The position numbers and the translations under genes were made by a program. A DNA stretch of 64,000 bases from Candidatus Krumholzibacteriia bacterium (GTDB taxonomy: Bacteria; Krumholzibacteriota; Krumholzibacteriia; LZORAL124-64-63), in NCBI GenBank assembly GCA_050174015.1, contig JBFXKG010000018.1, positions 25,510-89,509 of the forward strand, read 5' to 3'. Below are positions 43,630-52,692 of the stretch, piece after piece. Numbering within the stretch: position 1 is the stretch's first letter; every line of letters begins with the position of its first letter. A model generated the notes under the pieces. It saw nothing but the letters and a program-made list of their open reading frames with translations. It was not told the DNA's origin and ran no database searches.

Positions 43630-45131
43630 CCATCGAGGTCAAAGCAGGCCCCCTCCTGGCGGATGGGCCGGGAATCACCCGGCTGCAGGCCGACTGGCTG
43701 TCCGGCGAGGGCGGAACCCTGCCCGCCGCGGCGGGGGAACTCCGGCAGGCTATGGCGGCGCAGTCCGGCCCTCCATGTCCCCTGTTCCGGGCCGGGGTGA
43801 TACCGTCCGACCGGGGCGCACCCGCGCCCCGCACCGTGGTCACCGGCCAGCAGCCCGGATTCCTCGGCGGGCCGCTCTACACCCTGTTCAAGATCGCGAC
43901 GGCCGTCGCCCTGGCCGCACGCCTGGCGCGGAACGGGGTCCCCGCCGTCCCGGTCTTCTGGTCCGGGGATGACGACAGCGACCTGAACGAGGCCCTCGCC
44001 GGACTGGGGTGGGATCCCGCCGGCCGCCGGCTCTTCGGCAGCGAGGGCGCACCCCTGGTCCGCAGCCCCCGCTACCGCAACCGCACGGTGGGCAGCCTCG
44101 AATCCCGCTTTTTCAGCGCCGGGGCGGCGCGCTGGCTGCACCAGCGTGCCGGGGCGGATGGGGATCCCGTGGTGGCGGATCTGGCCGCCCTGTGGGCGCG
44201 CGCCGTCGCCGAGAACTGGCCCTGGGGCCGGCTCGCGGCCGCGGCCTGGTCCGCCTGCTTCGCCGGGACGGGCCTTGTGGTCGTCTCGGGTGACGATCCC
44301 GCCCTGCACGCCGCGGGGCAGGATGCGGTCGCCCGGTGGCGGACGCTGGACGATGCCGGCGAACCGGTCAGGACCCGGGGGCAGGAGCTCGCAGCAGCGG
44401 GGTACCATGCCCAGCTGGACGAGCGGAGCCTGAGGCATCCCTGGTACCTGGTCGAGAGCGGACGCAGGGGGATCCTCGATCCCGGGGAGACGGGTCCGGC
44501 CGGAGGGCCGGTCCGGCCGGGGGTCCTCTTCCGCAGCCCCCTCCAGGACCTCCTGCTCGAGCCGGCGGCGGTGGTCGTGGGTCCGGGCGAGCACGCCTAC
44601 CTGCGGCAGCTCGAGCCCCTCTATCGCCGCCTGGGCGTGCCCCGCGCGCCTCTGGTGCCGCGCCTGGGCGGCTGGCTCCTGCCGGAGCAGGCCGCCTCCG
44701 GGCAACTGGAACGCTGGCTGGCCGCGGCCGCCGGCCGGGAGGCGGCCTGCGCCGATTGGGCCGACGCCTGGGTCCGGCGGAACGCCGCCGAACTGGCAGG
44801 GTTCCTGACCGGAACCCTCGGGGTCGATGAGCCGAGGGCGAAGTCGCTGGCCGAAGGCCGGACCAGGCGGTGGCGGCGGGGCCTGGCCGCGATGCTGGCG
44901 GCCGAGGACCGGCGCCGGATCCGGGACGAGCACGCGGGCGCGCCCCCCTGGGTGCTGCCCCATGGCCTGCGGCAGGAACGGAAGCTCGCGAGCATCGCCG
45001 CGGTGGGCCTATTCGGAACGCCGCTTCTGGAGGCCGTCGGAAACGCCGCCGAGCAGCACCTCGACCGGGGCCTGGCCGGAGACTGGCGGGAGTTCCATTT
45101 CGGGGTTCCCGATCCCGCAAAGGACGGATGA
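43626..45131 (+). CDS. bshC: Bacillithiol biosynthesis cysteine-adding enzyme
   Basis: VVTGQQPGFLGGPLYTLFK, PVFW, GPGEHAYLRQL, PR, QER; GTGA overlap. Confidence 0.88.
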   Translation: MTIEVKAGPLLADGPGITRLQADWLSGEGGTLPAAAGELRQAMAAQSGPPCPLFRAGVIPSDRGAPAPRTVVTGQQPGFLGGPLYTLFKIATAVALAARLARNGVPAVPVFWSGDDDSDLNEALAGLGWDPAGRRLFGSEGAPLVRSPRYRNRTVGSLESRFFSAGAARWLHQRAGADGDPVVADLAALWARAVAENWPWGRLAAAAWSACFAGTGLVVVSGDDPALHAAGQDAVARWRTLDDAGEPVRTRGQELAAAGYHAQLDERSLRHPWYLVESGRRGILDPGETGPAGGPVRPGVLFRSPLQDLLLEPAAVVVGPGEHAYLRQLEPLYRRLGVPRAPLVPRLGGWLLPEQAASGQLERWLAAAAGREAACADWADAWVRRNAAELAGFLTGTLGVDEPRAKSLAEGRTRRWRRGLAAMLAAEDRRRIRDEHAGAPPWVLPHGLRQERKLASIAAVGLFGTPLLEAVGNAAEQHLDRGLAGDWREFHFGVPDPAKDG

Positions 45132-45132
45132 C

Positions 45133-45903
45133 ATGAACGGACGACCCGAGGCGGGCTGCGACCTGCTGATCGTTTCCCCGCACACCGACGACCTGGAGAT
45201 CGGCCTGGGCGGGACCGCCGCCCTGCTGTCAGGCCGCGGCCGCGCGGTCTGGGGCCTGGACCTGACCCGGGGCGAGCTGGGGTCCAACGCCACCTGCGAC
45301 GAGCGCTGGGCGGAGGCCGCCGAGGCGTCGGCCGTCCTGGGGCTGGCCGGGCGGATCCAGCTGGCCTTGCCGGACGGGTTCATCGATTCCCGTTCGCCTG
45401 AACAGACGGCGGCTGTGGCGTGGGTGGTCCGCAGTTTGAAGCCCCGCTGGGTGGCCACGGCGCCGGACGCGCACCGCCATCCCGATCATCTGGAGACCCC
45501 CCACCTGGTGCGCCGCGCCCTGTTCATGGCGCGGCTGGCCGCCTACCAGCCCGCACCGCCGGACCTGCGGTTCTGGGAGGGCGGGGCCCGGACCGGTCCG
45601 CCCGCCGAGACCTGGACGTGCGAGGCCCAGTTCGGGGTGTGCCGGGACGGGGAGGAACCCGGGCTCATCTTCGACGTCGGCGCCGTCTGGGAGGCGAAGG
45701 TGCGCGCCCTCGCCTGCTACCGCAGCCAGTTCCAGCGGGGGGAAGGCCGGCGGCCCACCATGATCAACGACGAGGGCTTCCTGGAGAAGATCGAACGTCG
45801 CGCCCAGGCCTGGGGCCGGCGCGGCGGCGTGGCCATGGGCGAGGCCCTCTGCGGGTCCGGGGTTCCCGTCCTCGACGACCTGCCGGAACCGAGGTGGTCC
45901 TGA
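45133..45903 (+). CDS. bshB1: N-acetyl-alpha-D-glucosaminyl L-malate deacetylase (PIG-L family)
   Basis: PHTDDLEIGLGGT, DLTRGELGS, HRHPDH, YRSQF. Confidence 0.88.
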   Translation: MNGRPEAGCDLLIVSPHTDDLEIGLGGTAALLSGRGRAVWGLDLTRGELGSNATCDERWAEAAEASAVLGLAGRIQLALPDGFIDSRSPEQTAAVAWVVRSLKPRWVATAPDAHRHPDHLETPHLVRRALFMARLAAYQPAPPDLRFWEGGARTGPPAETWTCEAQFGVCRDGEEPGLIFDVGAVWEAKVRALACYRSQFQRGEGRRPTMINDEGFLEKIERRAQAWGRRGGVAMGEALCGSGVPVLDDLPEPRWS

Positions 45904-47036
45904 TGAGGATGCCCAGGGTGGGGGTGACCTGCTACGCCAGCCAGGGGGGGAGCGGGGTGGTCGCCACCGAGCTGGGCCTGAACCTCGCCCGGCGGGGCTG
46001 CGAGGTCCACTTCATCTCCAGCGAGCTGCCCTTCCGCCTGAAGCACTACGACCAGAACATCTTCTACCACAAGGTGGAGATGCCGCTCTATCCCGTCTTC
46101 CAGCATTCCCCCTACACCCTGAGCCTGGCCACGGTCATGAGCGAGGTGGCGACGCGCTGCGACCTGGACCTGCTCCACGTGCACTACGCCATCCCCCACA
46201 CGGCCAGCGCCTACCTGGCCCGGGAGATGGTCAAGCCCCGGCGGCTGCCGGTGGTGACCACCCTCCACGGGACGGACATCACCCTGGTGGGGCAGGAGCC
46301 CTCGTTCTTCCCCATCACCCGGTTCCTGATCGAGCAGAGCGACGCGGTGACCGCCGTGTCGGGATTCCTGAAGGATGAGACCATCCGGGTCTTCGGCATC
46401 GGGGAATCCATCCAGGTCATTCCCAACTTCGTGGACGCCAGGGTGTTCAAGCCCCTGACGGACCTCGGGCGCCGGGACAGGTTCGCCGGAGCGGACGAGC
46501 TGGTGGTGATGCACGCCTCGAACTTCCGGAAGGTCAAGAACGTGACCGCGGTGGTGGAGGTCTTCGCCCGGGTGGTCCGGGAGCATCCGGCCAGGCTGCT
46601 GCTGGTGGGGGACGGCCCGGAACTGGTGACGGTCCGCGATCTGGTGGCGAGCCTGGGCCTGACCGACCGGGTCCGGTTCCTGGGGCAATTCGACCGCCTG
46701 GAGGAGATCCTGCCCGTCGCCCACGTGCTGCTGCTGCCCTCCCTGCACGAATCCTTCGGGCTGGTGGCCCTGGAGGCCATGGCCTGCGGGGTGGTCCCGG
46801 TGGTCACCGACCGCGGCGGCGCCGGGGAGTTCATCCAGGACGGCATCAACGGCTTCCTGCGTTCCCCCGACGACGTCCAGGGGATGGCTGCGGTGATCCT
46901 GCAACTGGCCCGCGATCCCGACCTGACCCAGCAGATCGCCGAGGACGGCCGGCGGGACGCGGCGGGCGAATTCGGGGTGGGTTGCGTGGTCAAGACCTAC
47001 CTGGAGCTCTACGAATCGCTGCTTTCCGGGGGATAA
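45903..47036 (+). CDS. bshA: N-acetyl-alpha-D-glucosaminyl L-malate synthase
   Basis: GVTCYASQGGSGVVATELG, HVHYAIPH, TTLHGTDITLVG, SNFRKVK, ESFGLVALEAMACG. Confidence 0.95.
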   Translation: MRMPRVGVTCYASQGGSGVVATELGLNLARRGCEVHFISSELPFRLKHYDQNIFYHKVEMPLYPVFQHSPYTLSLATVMSEVATRCDLDLLHVHYAIPHTASAYLAREMVKPRRLPVVTTLHGTDITLVGQEPSFFPITRFLIEQSDAVTAVSGFLKDETIRVFGIGESIQVIPNFVDARVFKPLTDLGRRDRFAGADELVVMHASNFRKVKNVTAVVEVFARVVREHPARLLLVGDGPELVTVRDLVASLGLTDRVRFLGQFDRLEEILPVAHVLLLPSLHESFGLVALEAMACGVVPVVTDRGGAGEFIQDGINGFLRSPDDVQGMAAVILQLARDPDLTQQIAEDGRRDAAGEFGVGCVVKTYLELYESLLSGG

Positions 47037-47050
47037 CCGGGTCTGGACGG

Positions 47051-47078
47051 TTGACAGCCGCCGGCCAGACGATAGAAT
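47051..47078 (+). promoter_or_regulatory. Putative sigma70 promoter
   Basis: TTGACA-N16-TAGAAT; GTCTGG...CCAGAC inverted repeat spans the -35 box. Confidence 0.6.
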
Positions 47079-47118
47079 GATACAGGGAACTCATGCGGCC
47101 ATCGGGAAGGAGGCGGTG

Positions 47119-47496
47119 ATGCCGAAGACCGTTGATCTCGCCCAGACCATCCAGGCCATTGCCGGCAAGCGCGGCGTCTTCCGGCCCGAGGCCTACCTGT
47201 TCGTCCTCGAATCCCTGGAAATGGCCATGGAGAACATCGAGGTGAGCGGTCACGTTTCGGGCACCGACCTGCTGAACTGGATCCGGCGGCTGGGCCAGGA
47301 GCGTTACGGCGTCATGGCCGGGGACGTGTTCAACTGCTGGGGCGTCCAGGGCACGCTGGACTTCGGCCGGATCGTCTTCCACCTGGTGGAGGAGGGCCTG
47401 CTCAAGAAGCGGGACGAGGATTCCCTGATCGACTTCCTGGACAGGTTCGACTTCCAGGACGCCTTCACCCTGCAGGCCTTCCGGGGCCGCGGCTGA
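47119..47496 (+). CDS. Minf_1886-like conserved hypothetical protein
   Basis: EAYLFVLESL, HVSGTDLL, YGVMA..VF..WGV..TLDFGRIVFHLVE, DSLIDF; AGGAGG RBS. Confidence 0.75.
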   Translation: MPKTVDLAQTIQAIAGKRGVFRPEAYLFVLESLEMAMENIEVSGHVSGTDLLNWIRRLGQERYGVMAGDVFNCWGVQGTLDFGRIVFHLVEEGLLKKRDEDSLIDFLDRFDFQDAFTLQAFRGRG

Positions 47497-47710
47497 CCTG
47501 CCGCCCGTCCGGGATCGCCGCGGGTGGAACTTTTTCCGGGCCGGGACCGTTACCTGCCCGAACAACCTGCCCCGACATTGCAGCCCCGGGCCTGACCCCC
47601 CGGGCACCGGCCAAGGAAGGCCGGCGGATCCGGCCACCAAGGAATTCGGCCGCATCCCACCTTGAACCGGATATCCCAGGGCCGGACCCCGCTTCCGCCG
47701 AGGAGTCTCC

Positions 47711-48460
47711 ATGTCCGTCTTGTTCCCCCCGGAATCGCTGATGCTTCCCTTGACCGCCACCATGGGTCCGGGCGACCTGCTGGGGCTGGTCTCAGGCAGC
47801 ACGTTCTTCGGCAAGACCATCCTGCTGGTCCTGCTGTTCATGTCGGTCATGTCGTGGGCGGTCTTCATCGACAAGGCCCGCACCCTCGGCCGCATCCGCG
47901 CCGGTCACCTGGAATTCTGGGGGCAGTGCGACCAGTGGCTGGACCGGCGGATCACCGCGCCCGAGCTGGTGATCTGGACTCGCGACCACGCCGACCTGCC
48001 CCTGTCCAGCGTGGTGCTCGAGACGTCCCAGCTGCGGGAGGTGCCGGCGATCCGGCGCGCCGCCGAACGCGTGGCGTTCCTGGAGACCGAGAACCTGGAG
48101 CGGTACCTCATCCTGCTGTCGACCGCGGTGACGATCTCGCCGTTCCTGGGGCTGCTGGGGACGGTGTGGGGGATCATGACCAGCTTCTGGGACATGTCCA
48201 CGATGCACAGCGCCAACCTGACCGTGGTCGCCCCCGGCATCGCCGAGGCCCTGGTGACGACCATCGCCGGCCTGGCCACGGCCATTCCGGCGGTCATCTT
48301 CTACAACATGCTGGTGCGCAAGATCGACCTGGTGGGCAACGAGATGGATCGCCTGCGGACCATCCTGGAGGAGGAGGCCGGCGGAGGGCGCGGCGTGGCC
48401 GATCCCATCGACCGGGACTTCGCGCGGCGTCCCGACCAGCATGACGGGGAGCGGATCTGA
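47711..48460 (+). CDS. tolQ: TolQ/ExbB proton channel
   Basis: SPFLGLLGTVWGIM, VAPGIAEALVTTIAGL, AIPAVIFYN. Confidence 0.9.
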   Translation: MSVLFPPESLMLPLTATMGPGDLLGLVSGSTFFGKTILLVLLFMSVMSWAVFIDKARTLGRIRAGHLEFWGQCDQWLDRRITAPELVIWTRDHADLPLSSVVLETSQLREVPAIRRAAERVAFLETENLERYLILLSTAVTISPFLGLLGTVWGIMTSFWDMSTMHSANLTVVAPGIAEALVTTIAGLATAIPAVIFYNMLVRKIDLVGNEMDRLRTILEEEAGGGRGVADPIDRDFARRPDQHDGERI

Positions 48461-48870
48461 TGGCGCGCCGGCGGGGCAACTTCCGCAGCATGGCGGACAT
48501 CAACATCACGTCCCTGGTGGACGTGACCCTGACCCTGCTGATCATCTTCATGCTGACCGCGCCGTACATCCAGGGCGGGGTGGAAGTCAACCTTCCCGAG
48601 GCCGAGACCCGCAACGTGGTGGTGAAGGAGGGGCCGGTCATCTCCATCACGGGCAACCGGCAGTTCTTCTTCATGGAGCAGCCCGTCGAGGTGGACGACA
48701 TCCTGACGCACATGGAACCCTACCTGGACCGGAAGGACTCCATTCCGGTCTACCTGCGCTGCGACGAGGAGGTCCCCTACGGCATCATCCTGAAGCTCAT
48801 GGCGCAGCTGGAGCGGGCGGGGTTCGTGAACCTCAGCCTGGTGGCCGACCAGCCGGGGGCCAGGGAGTAG
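48460..48870 (+). CDS. tolR: TolR/ExbD
   Basis: DINITSLVDVTLTLLIIFMLTAP, VNLPEA, LRCDEEVPYG. Confidence 0.9.
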   Translation: MARRRGNFRSMADINITSLVDVTLTLLIIFMLTAPYIQGGVEVNLPEAETRNVVVKEGPVISITGNRQFFFMEQPVEVDDILTHMEPYLDRKDSIPVYLRCDEEVPYGIILKLMAQLERAGFVNLSLVADQPGARE

Positions 48871-48872
48871 GC

Positions 48873-49610
48873 ATGGTCCGGGGGCTGCCGTATTCCATCC
48901 TGCTGCACGTCCTCGCCCTGGTCCTGGTGATCCTCTACGGCAACTTCGTGGCACGCAACCCGGTCCAGCCGCCGCGGTCGATCCCCTTCCGGATGGTGTA
49001 CGAAGCGCCGCAGCAGCCGGTCCGGGAAGCGGCCACGGCCCCGCAGGAATCCCCGCCCGAGACGGTGGAGCAGGACCGGCCTGACGAGATCAGGCAGCCC
49101 GAAGTGATTCCCGATCTGCCGCCGAAGGAAGTGCCCGAGGAAAAGAAGGTGGTCGAGAAGGACCCCGAACCCGAGGTGACCGAACCCAGGGTGAGGAAGG
49201 ATCCCCAGCCGGTGGTCGCGGATGCGGCCGACCTTCCGGCGGAGGATCCCGCGGCGAGCGACGAACCTGCCGCCGTGGCCGGAGTGACCGGTCCGGCGGT
49301 GGGGGCGATGGATTCGGACTTCCCGTACGCCTGGTACGTCCAGCGGATGGAGAGCCTGATGGCCGCGAACTGGAATCCGCCCCAGCTGAACTTCGGGAGG
49401 CGGCCCCGGTTCACCTGCCAGGTCCACTTCATCATCGCCAGGAACGGCATGATCTCCGGGGTGACCCTGGCCTCGTCCAGCGGCGTCGGGGTGTTCGACC
49501 GCGAGGCGATGCGGACGGTGCAGACCACCCGGCTGCCGCCCTTGCCGCCCCAGTTCGCCGAGAACGGGCTGGGCGTGACCTTCCACTTCAACCTGGAGCC
49601 GAAACACTGA
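48873..49610 (+). CDS. tolA: TolA/TonB-family energy transducer
   Basis: TM with SILLH, Pro/Glu linker, TonB_C-like end (WNPP, SSG..FDREA, LPPLP). Confidence 0.82.
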   Translation: MVRGLPYSILLHVLALVLVILYGNFVARNPVQPPRSIPFRMVYEAPQQPVREAATAPQESPPETVEQDRPDEIRQPEVIPDLPPKEVPEEKKVVEKDPEPEVTEPRVRKDPQPVVADAADLPAEDPAASDEPAAVAGVTGPAVGAMDSDFPYAWYVQRMESLMAANWNPPQLNFGRRPRFTCQVHFIIARNGMISGVTLASSSGVGVFDREAMRTVQTTRLPPLPPQFAENGLGVTFHFNLEPKH

Positions 49611-50911
49611 TGCGCCTTTTCCTGCCGGCAGCCCTGGTCCTCCTGCTCCCGGCCGTTCCGGCCTCTTCGCTCGCCCAGAGGGCCCAGACGGAGATCACCG
49701 CCGGGATCACCAGCACCGCCTACCTCAAGACCGACGTGCTGGTGCGGCCGAGCGACGTGCTGTCCGGGGGGCAGACCGCCGCCGGGGCGGCGGACGTCAT
49801 CGACCGGGTGCTCGCGAACGACCTGGTCCTCAGCGGCCTGTGCAGGGTCGGTGACGGGACCGCGCCCGCGCCCGCCGGCCAGGACAGCTTCCGGTTCGAC
49901 TGGACCATCGAAGGAACCGTGGAGGGGCCTCTGCGCGACGCCGCCCAGACGGGCGAGGAGGTGCCGTTGACGGTGGACTTCAACCTGCTGACCTATCCCG
50001 GCCGGCAGCTGGTGATGAACAAGCGGTACCGGCCCCATGCCGATCAGTACCGGACCACGGCCCACCATTTCGCCAACGAGGTGCTGGCGATGATCACCGG
50101 CGAACCGGGCATCTGTCTGACCCGGATCGTCTTCTCCCGGGGGACGGGGGACCGGCGGGACCTGTACGTGGTGGACTACGACGGCGAGGGCCTGCTGCGG
50201 GTCACGGCCAACCGGACCCTCAATCTCTGCCCCGACTGGTCGCCCGACAACACCCAGATCGCCTTCACCAGCTACCGGGGGGGACAGCAGGGCCTGTTCA
50301 GCCTGGACACCGCCACCGGGCAGGTCCGGCAGATCATCGCCCAGGAGGGTCTGAACCTGGGGGCGGACTGGCGGCCGGACGGCAAGGAGCTGCTGATCTC
50401 CCTCTCGCGCAGCGGCAATCCGGAGATATACCGGATCGATCCTGTCGGGAACATCATCAAGCGTCTGACGGTTTCCAGCGCCATCGAAATCAGTCCGAAC
50501 TGGGCTCCGGGAGGCCGTGAACTGGTATTTACTAGTGACAGGACCGGCACCCCGCAGTTATATATTGTCGATGATTCGGGAGTCGGCGGCCGGAGGTTGA
50601 CCTTCGAGGGCCAGTACAACGATTCGGCGGTCTGGTCCCCGAACGGGGATCGTATCGCCTACGCCACCAGGGCGCATGACGTGACCGGGATCGTCCTGGT
50701 CAAGCCCACCGGCGAGGACCGGAGGGAGATCACCGGAGACCACTGGGGGAACTGCGAGGATCCGAGCTGGGCGCCGGACGGCCGGCATCTCGTGTTCGCG
50801 TCAGACCGGACAGGTGTCTTCAAGCTGTACGTGTACGATGTCGTCGATGAGAGTTTCCGCCAGTTGACCTTCGGGGACGACCCCGACATCACCCCGGCCT
50901 GGTCGCATTGA
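49610..50911 (+). CDS. tolB: Tol-Pal beta-propeller protein
   Basis: AHHFANEV...TG, DYDG, repeated WSPD/WAPD PD40 motifs. Confidence 0.92.
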   Translation: MRLFLPAALVLLLPAVPASSLAQRAQTEITAGITSTAYLKTDVLVRPSDVLSGGQTAAGAADVIDRVLANDLVLSGLCRVGDGTAPAPAGQDSFRFDWTIEGTVEGPLRDAAQTGEEVPLTVDFNLLTYPGRQLVMNKRYRPHADQYRTTAHHFANEVLAMITGEPGICLTRIVFSRGTGDRRDLYVVDYDGEGLLRVTANRTLNLCPDWSPDNTQIAFTSYRGGQQGLFSLDTATGQVRQIIAQEGLNLGADWRPDGKELLISLSRSGNPEIYRIDPVGNIIKRLTVSSAIEISPNWAPGGRELVFTSDRTGTPQLYIVDDSGVGGRRLTFEGQYNDSAVWSPNGDRIAYATRAHDVTGIVLVKPTGEDRREITGDHWGNCEDPSWAPDGRHLVFASDRTGVFKLYVYDVVDESFRQLTFGDDPDITPAWSH

Positions 50912-50947
50912 CAGGCTGAAACCGCAACGGTCAAGGAGAGTGCAGCA

Positions 50948-51499
50948 ATGATTGCAGGCGCCAAGAAGAAATCGATGTTCCTCACCCTCGCCGTGGTCCT
51001 CGGGATCCTGCTGATCGCGTTCGCCGGGTGCAGCAAGAAGCCCGCTCCCGAGACCGAGACCGTGATGCCCGAGGTGACGCAGCCGTCGGATACCATCCAG
51101 GCGCCCGTCCAACCCGAACCTGTCGATCCGAACGCCAACGCCATCGACTACCCCGGGATGGATCCCTCCGAATACGGGGTGAAGGACGTGTTCTTCGCCT
51201 TCGACGAGTACGACCTGGACGACAAGGCCCTGGCCGTCCTCAGCGAGAACGCGCGCGTCCTGAAGGAAGCCAACGTCCTGGTGCTGATCTCCGGCCACTG
51301 CGACGAGCGGGGGACGGTGGAGTACAACCTCGCCCTCGGCGAGAAGCGCGCCAAGGCCGTGCGGGATCACCTGGTGAACCTGGGAGTGCCCTCGGGCAAG
51401 CTGCTGGTGACTTCCTACGGCGAGAACAAGCCCTTCGTCCAGGGTCACGGCGAGTCGGCCTGGGCCCAGAACCGGCGCGCCCACTTCGAACGCCCGTAA
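50948..51499 (+). CDS. pal: Peptidoglycan-associated lipoprotein
   Basis: Lipobox FAGC, FFAFD, GHCDERGTVEYNLALGEKRA, SYGE, NRRAHF. Confidence 0.96.
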   Translation: MIAGAKKKSMFLTLAVVLGILLIAFAGCSKKPAPETETVMPEVTQPSDTIQAPVQPEPVDPNANAIDYPGMDPSEYGVKDVFFAFDEYDLDDKALAVLSENARVLKEANVLVLISGHCDERGTVEYNLALGEKRAKAVRDHLVNLGVPSGKLLVTSYGENKPFVQGHGESAWAQNRRAHFERP

Positions 51500-51502
51500 A
51501 GG

Positions 51503-52288
51503 ATGCCGATGACCTGCAAGCTGGGATTCCTCTCCTTGACCGTCCTCGCGGTCGTCCTGCTGGGGAGCGGCTGCGCTCCCCAGCTCGACCGCATCGAGAC
51601 GTCCGTCCAGGCCAACCGGGACGAGATCGCCCGGCTCCAGGCCGAGAACAAGCTGCTCCTGCAGGAGGTCCAGGCCCTGGCCTCCCTGCTGCGCCTGGAA
51701 AGGGAGACCGGCGACCAGTCGGCCGCCCTGAAGGTCGCCAAGCTGACCCAGGTGTCGGGGCGGCTGGACCAGCTCATGCAGAAGCTGGACGACAACGCCG
51801 AGTACATGCGGAACCTGTCCGCCCGCGTCGACCTGCTGGTGACGCGGTCGGGCGTCCCCACCCTGGGCGAGTACCGCCCGCCGGTCCGGGGGGATGACGG
51901 AACCGTGGAACTGCCGGAGGAGGGCCGCACCATCCTGGAGGCCGCCGATCTGGACCGCAGCAGCGGGAACGCCGGGCTGGCGCGCCTGGGCTACGAGGAG
52001 TTCCTGGAGAAGTACGGACGGACCGAGGCCGCGGACGACGCCCTGTACCGGCTCGGCGATCTGGATCTGGCCGACGGGGACCACCAGGCCGCGCTGGAGC
52101 GGTTCGACGACCTGCTGGCCCGGTTCCCCGGCAGCGAATGGGTCCCGGCCGCCCTGTTCAAGTCCCGCGAGTGCCTGCTGGCCCTGGGCCGGGAAGGCGA
52201 GGCCGCCGAGCGGGCCCGCCTGTTGATCGAGAACCATCCGGGTACCCCCGAGGCCGCCATGCTGCAGGCCGACCCGGAGAGCCGGTGA
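51503..52288 (+). CDS. cpoB: Tol-Pal associated CpoB/YbgF (coiled coil plus TPR)
   Basis: Lipobox GSGC, coiled coil, C-terminal TPRs; follows pal. Confidence 0.82.
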   Translation: MPMTCKLGFLSLTVLAVVLLGSGCAPQLDRIETSVQANRDEIARLQAENKLLLQEVQALASLLRLERETGDQSAALKVAKLTQVSGRLDQLMQKLDDNAEYMRNLSARVDLLVTRSGVPTLGEYRPPVRGDDGTVELPEEGRTILEAADLDRSSGNAGLARLGYEEFLEKYGRTEAADDALYRLGDLDLADGDHQAALERFDDLLARFPGSEWVPAALFKSRECLLALGREGEAAERARLLIENHPGTPEAAMLQADPESR

Positions 52289-52322
52289 CCGCGAGATCCG
52301 GCCGGTCCGTCCCAAGGAGAGG

Positions 52323-52658
52323 ATGACGATGCCCAAGTTTCCGGTGTTGAGGATGGCCCGCGGGCTCAAAGAGGTGTTCCGGCCGGTGGTGATCACGGAC
52401 ATCGACGAGAACTACCACGCGTTCATCGTCCGCTACAGCGGGGACTACATCCAGCACACCCACGAGAAGGACGAGTTCGTGACCATCCTCGAGGGTTCCA
52501 TCGTCTTCGAGGTGGGGGGCCGGGAGACCGAGGTCCGGCAGGGGGAATCCATCCTCATCCCCGCCGGGACCCTGCACCGCCCCCGCTGCGCCAACATGGC
52601 TCTCGGCCTGGTGGTCGAGCGCAAGGGCATCCAGACCCAGATGGATCCCCAGGTCTGA
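52323..52658 (+). CDS. Cupin domain protein
   Basis: HTHEKDEFVTILEG...IPAGTLHRP; AGGAGAGG RBS. Confidence 0.85.
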   Translation: MTMPKFPVLRMARGLKEVFRPVVITDIDENYHAFIVRYSGDYIQHTHEKDEFVTILEGSIVFEVGGRETEVRQGESILIPAGTLHRPRCANMALGLVVERKGIQTQMDPQV

Positions 52659-52692
52659 TTCCGGAGGGGGCGGCCCGGCCCGCCCCTGCCGC

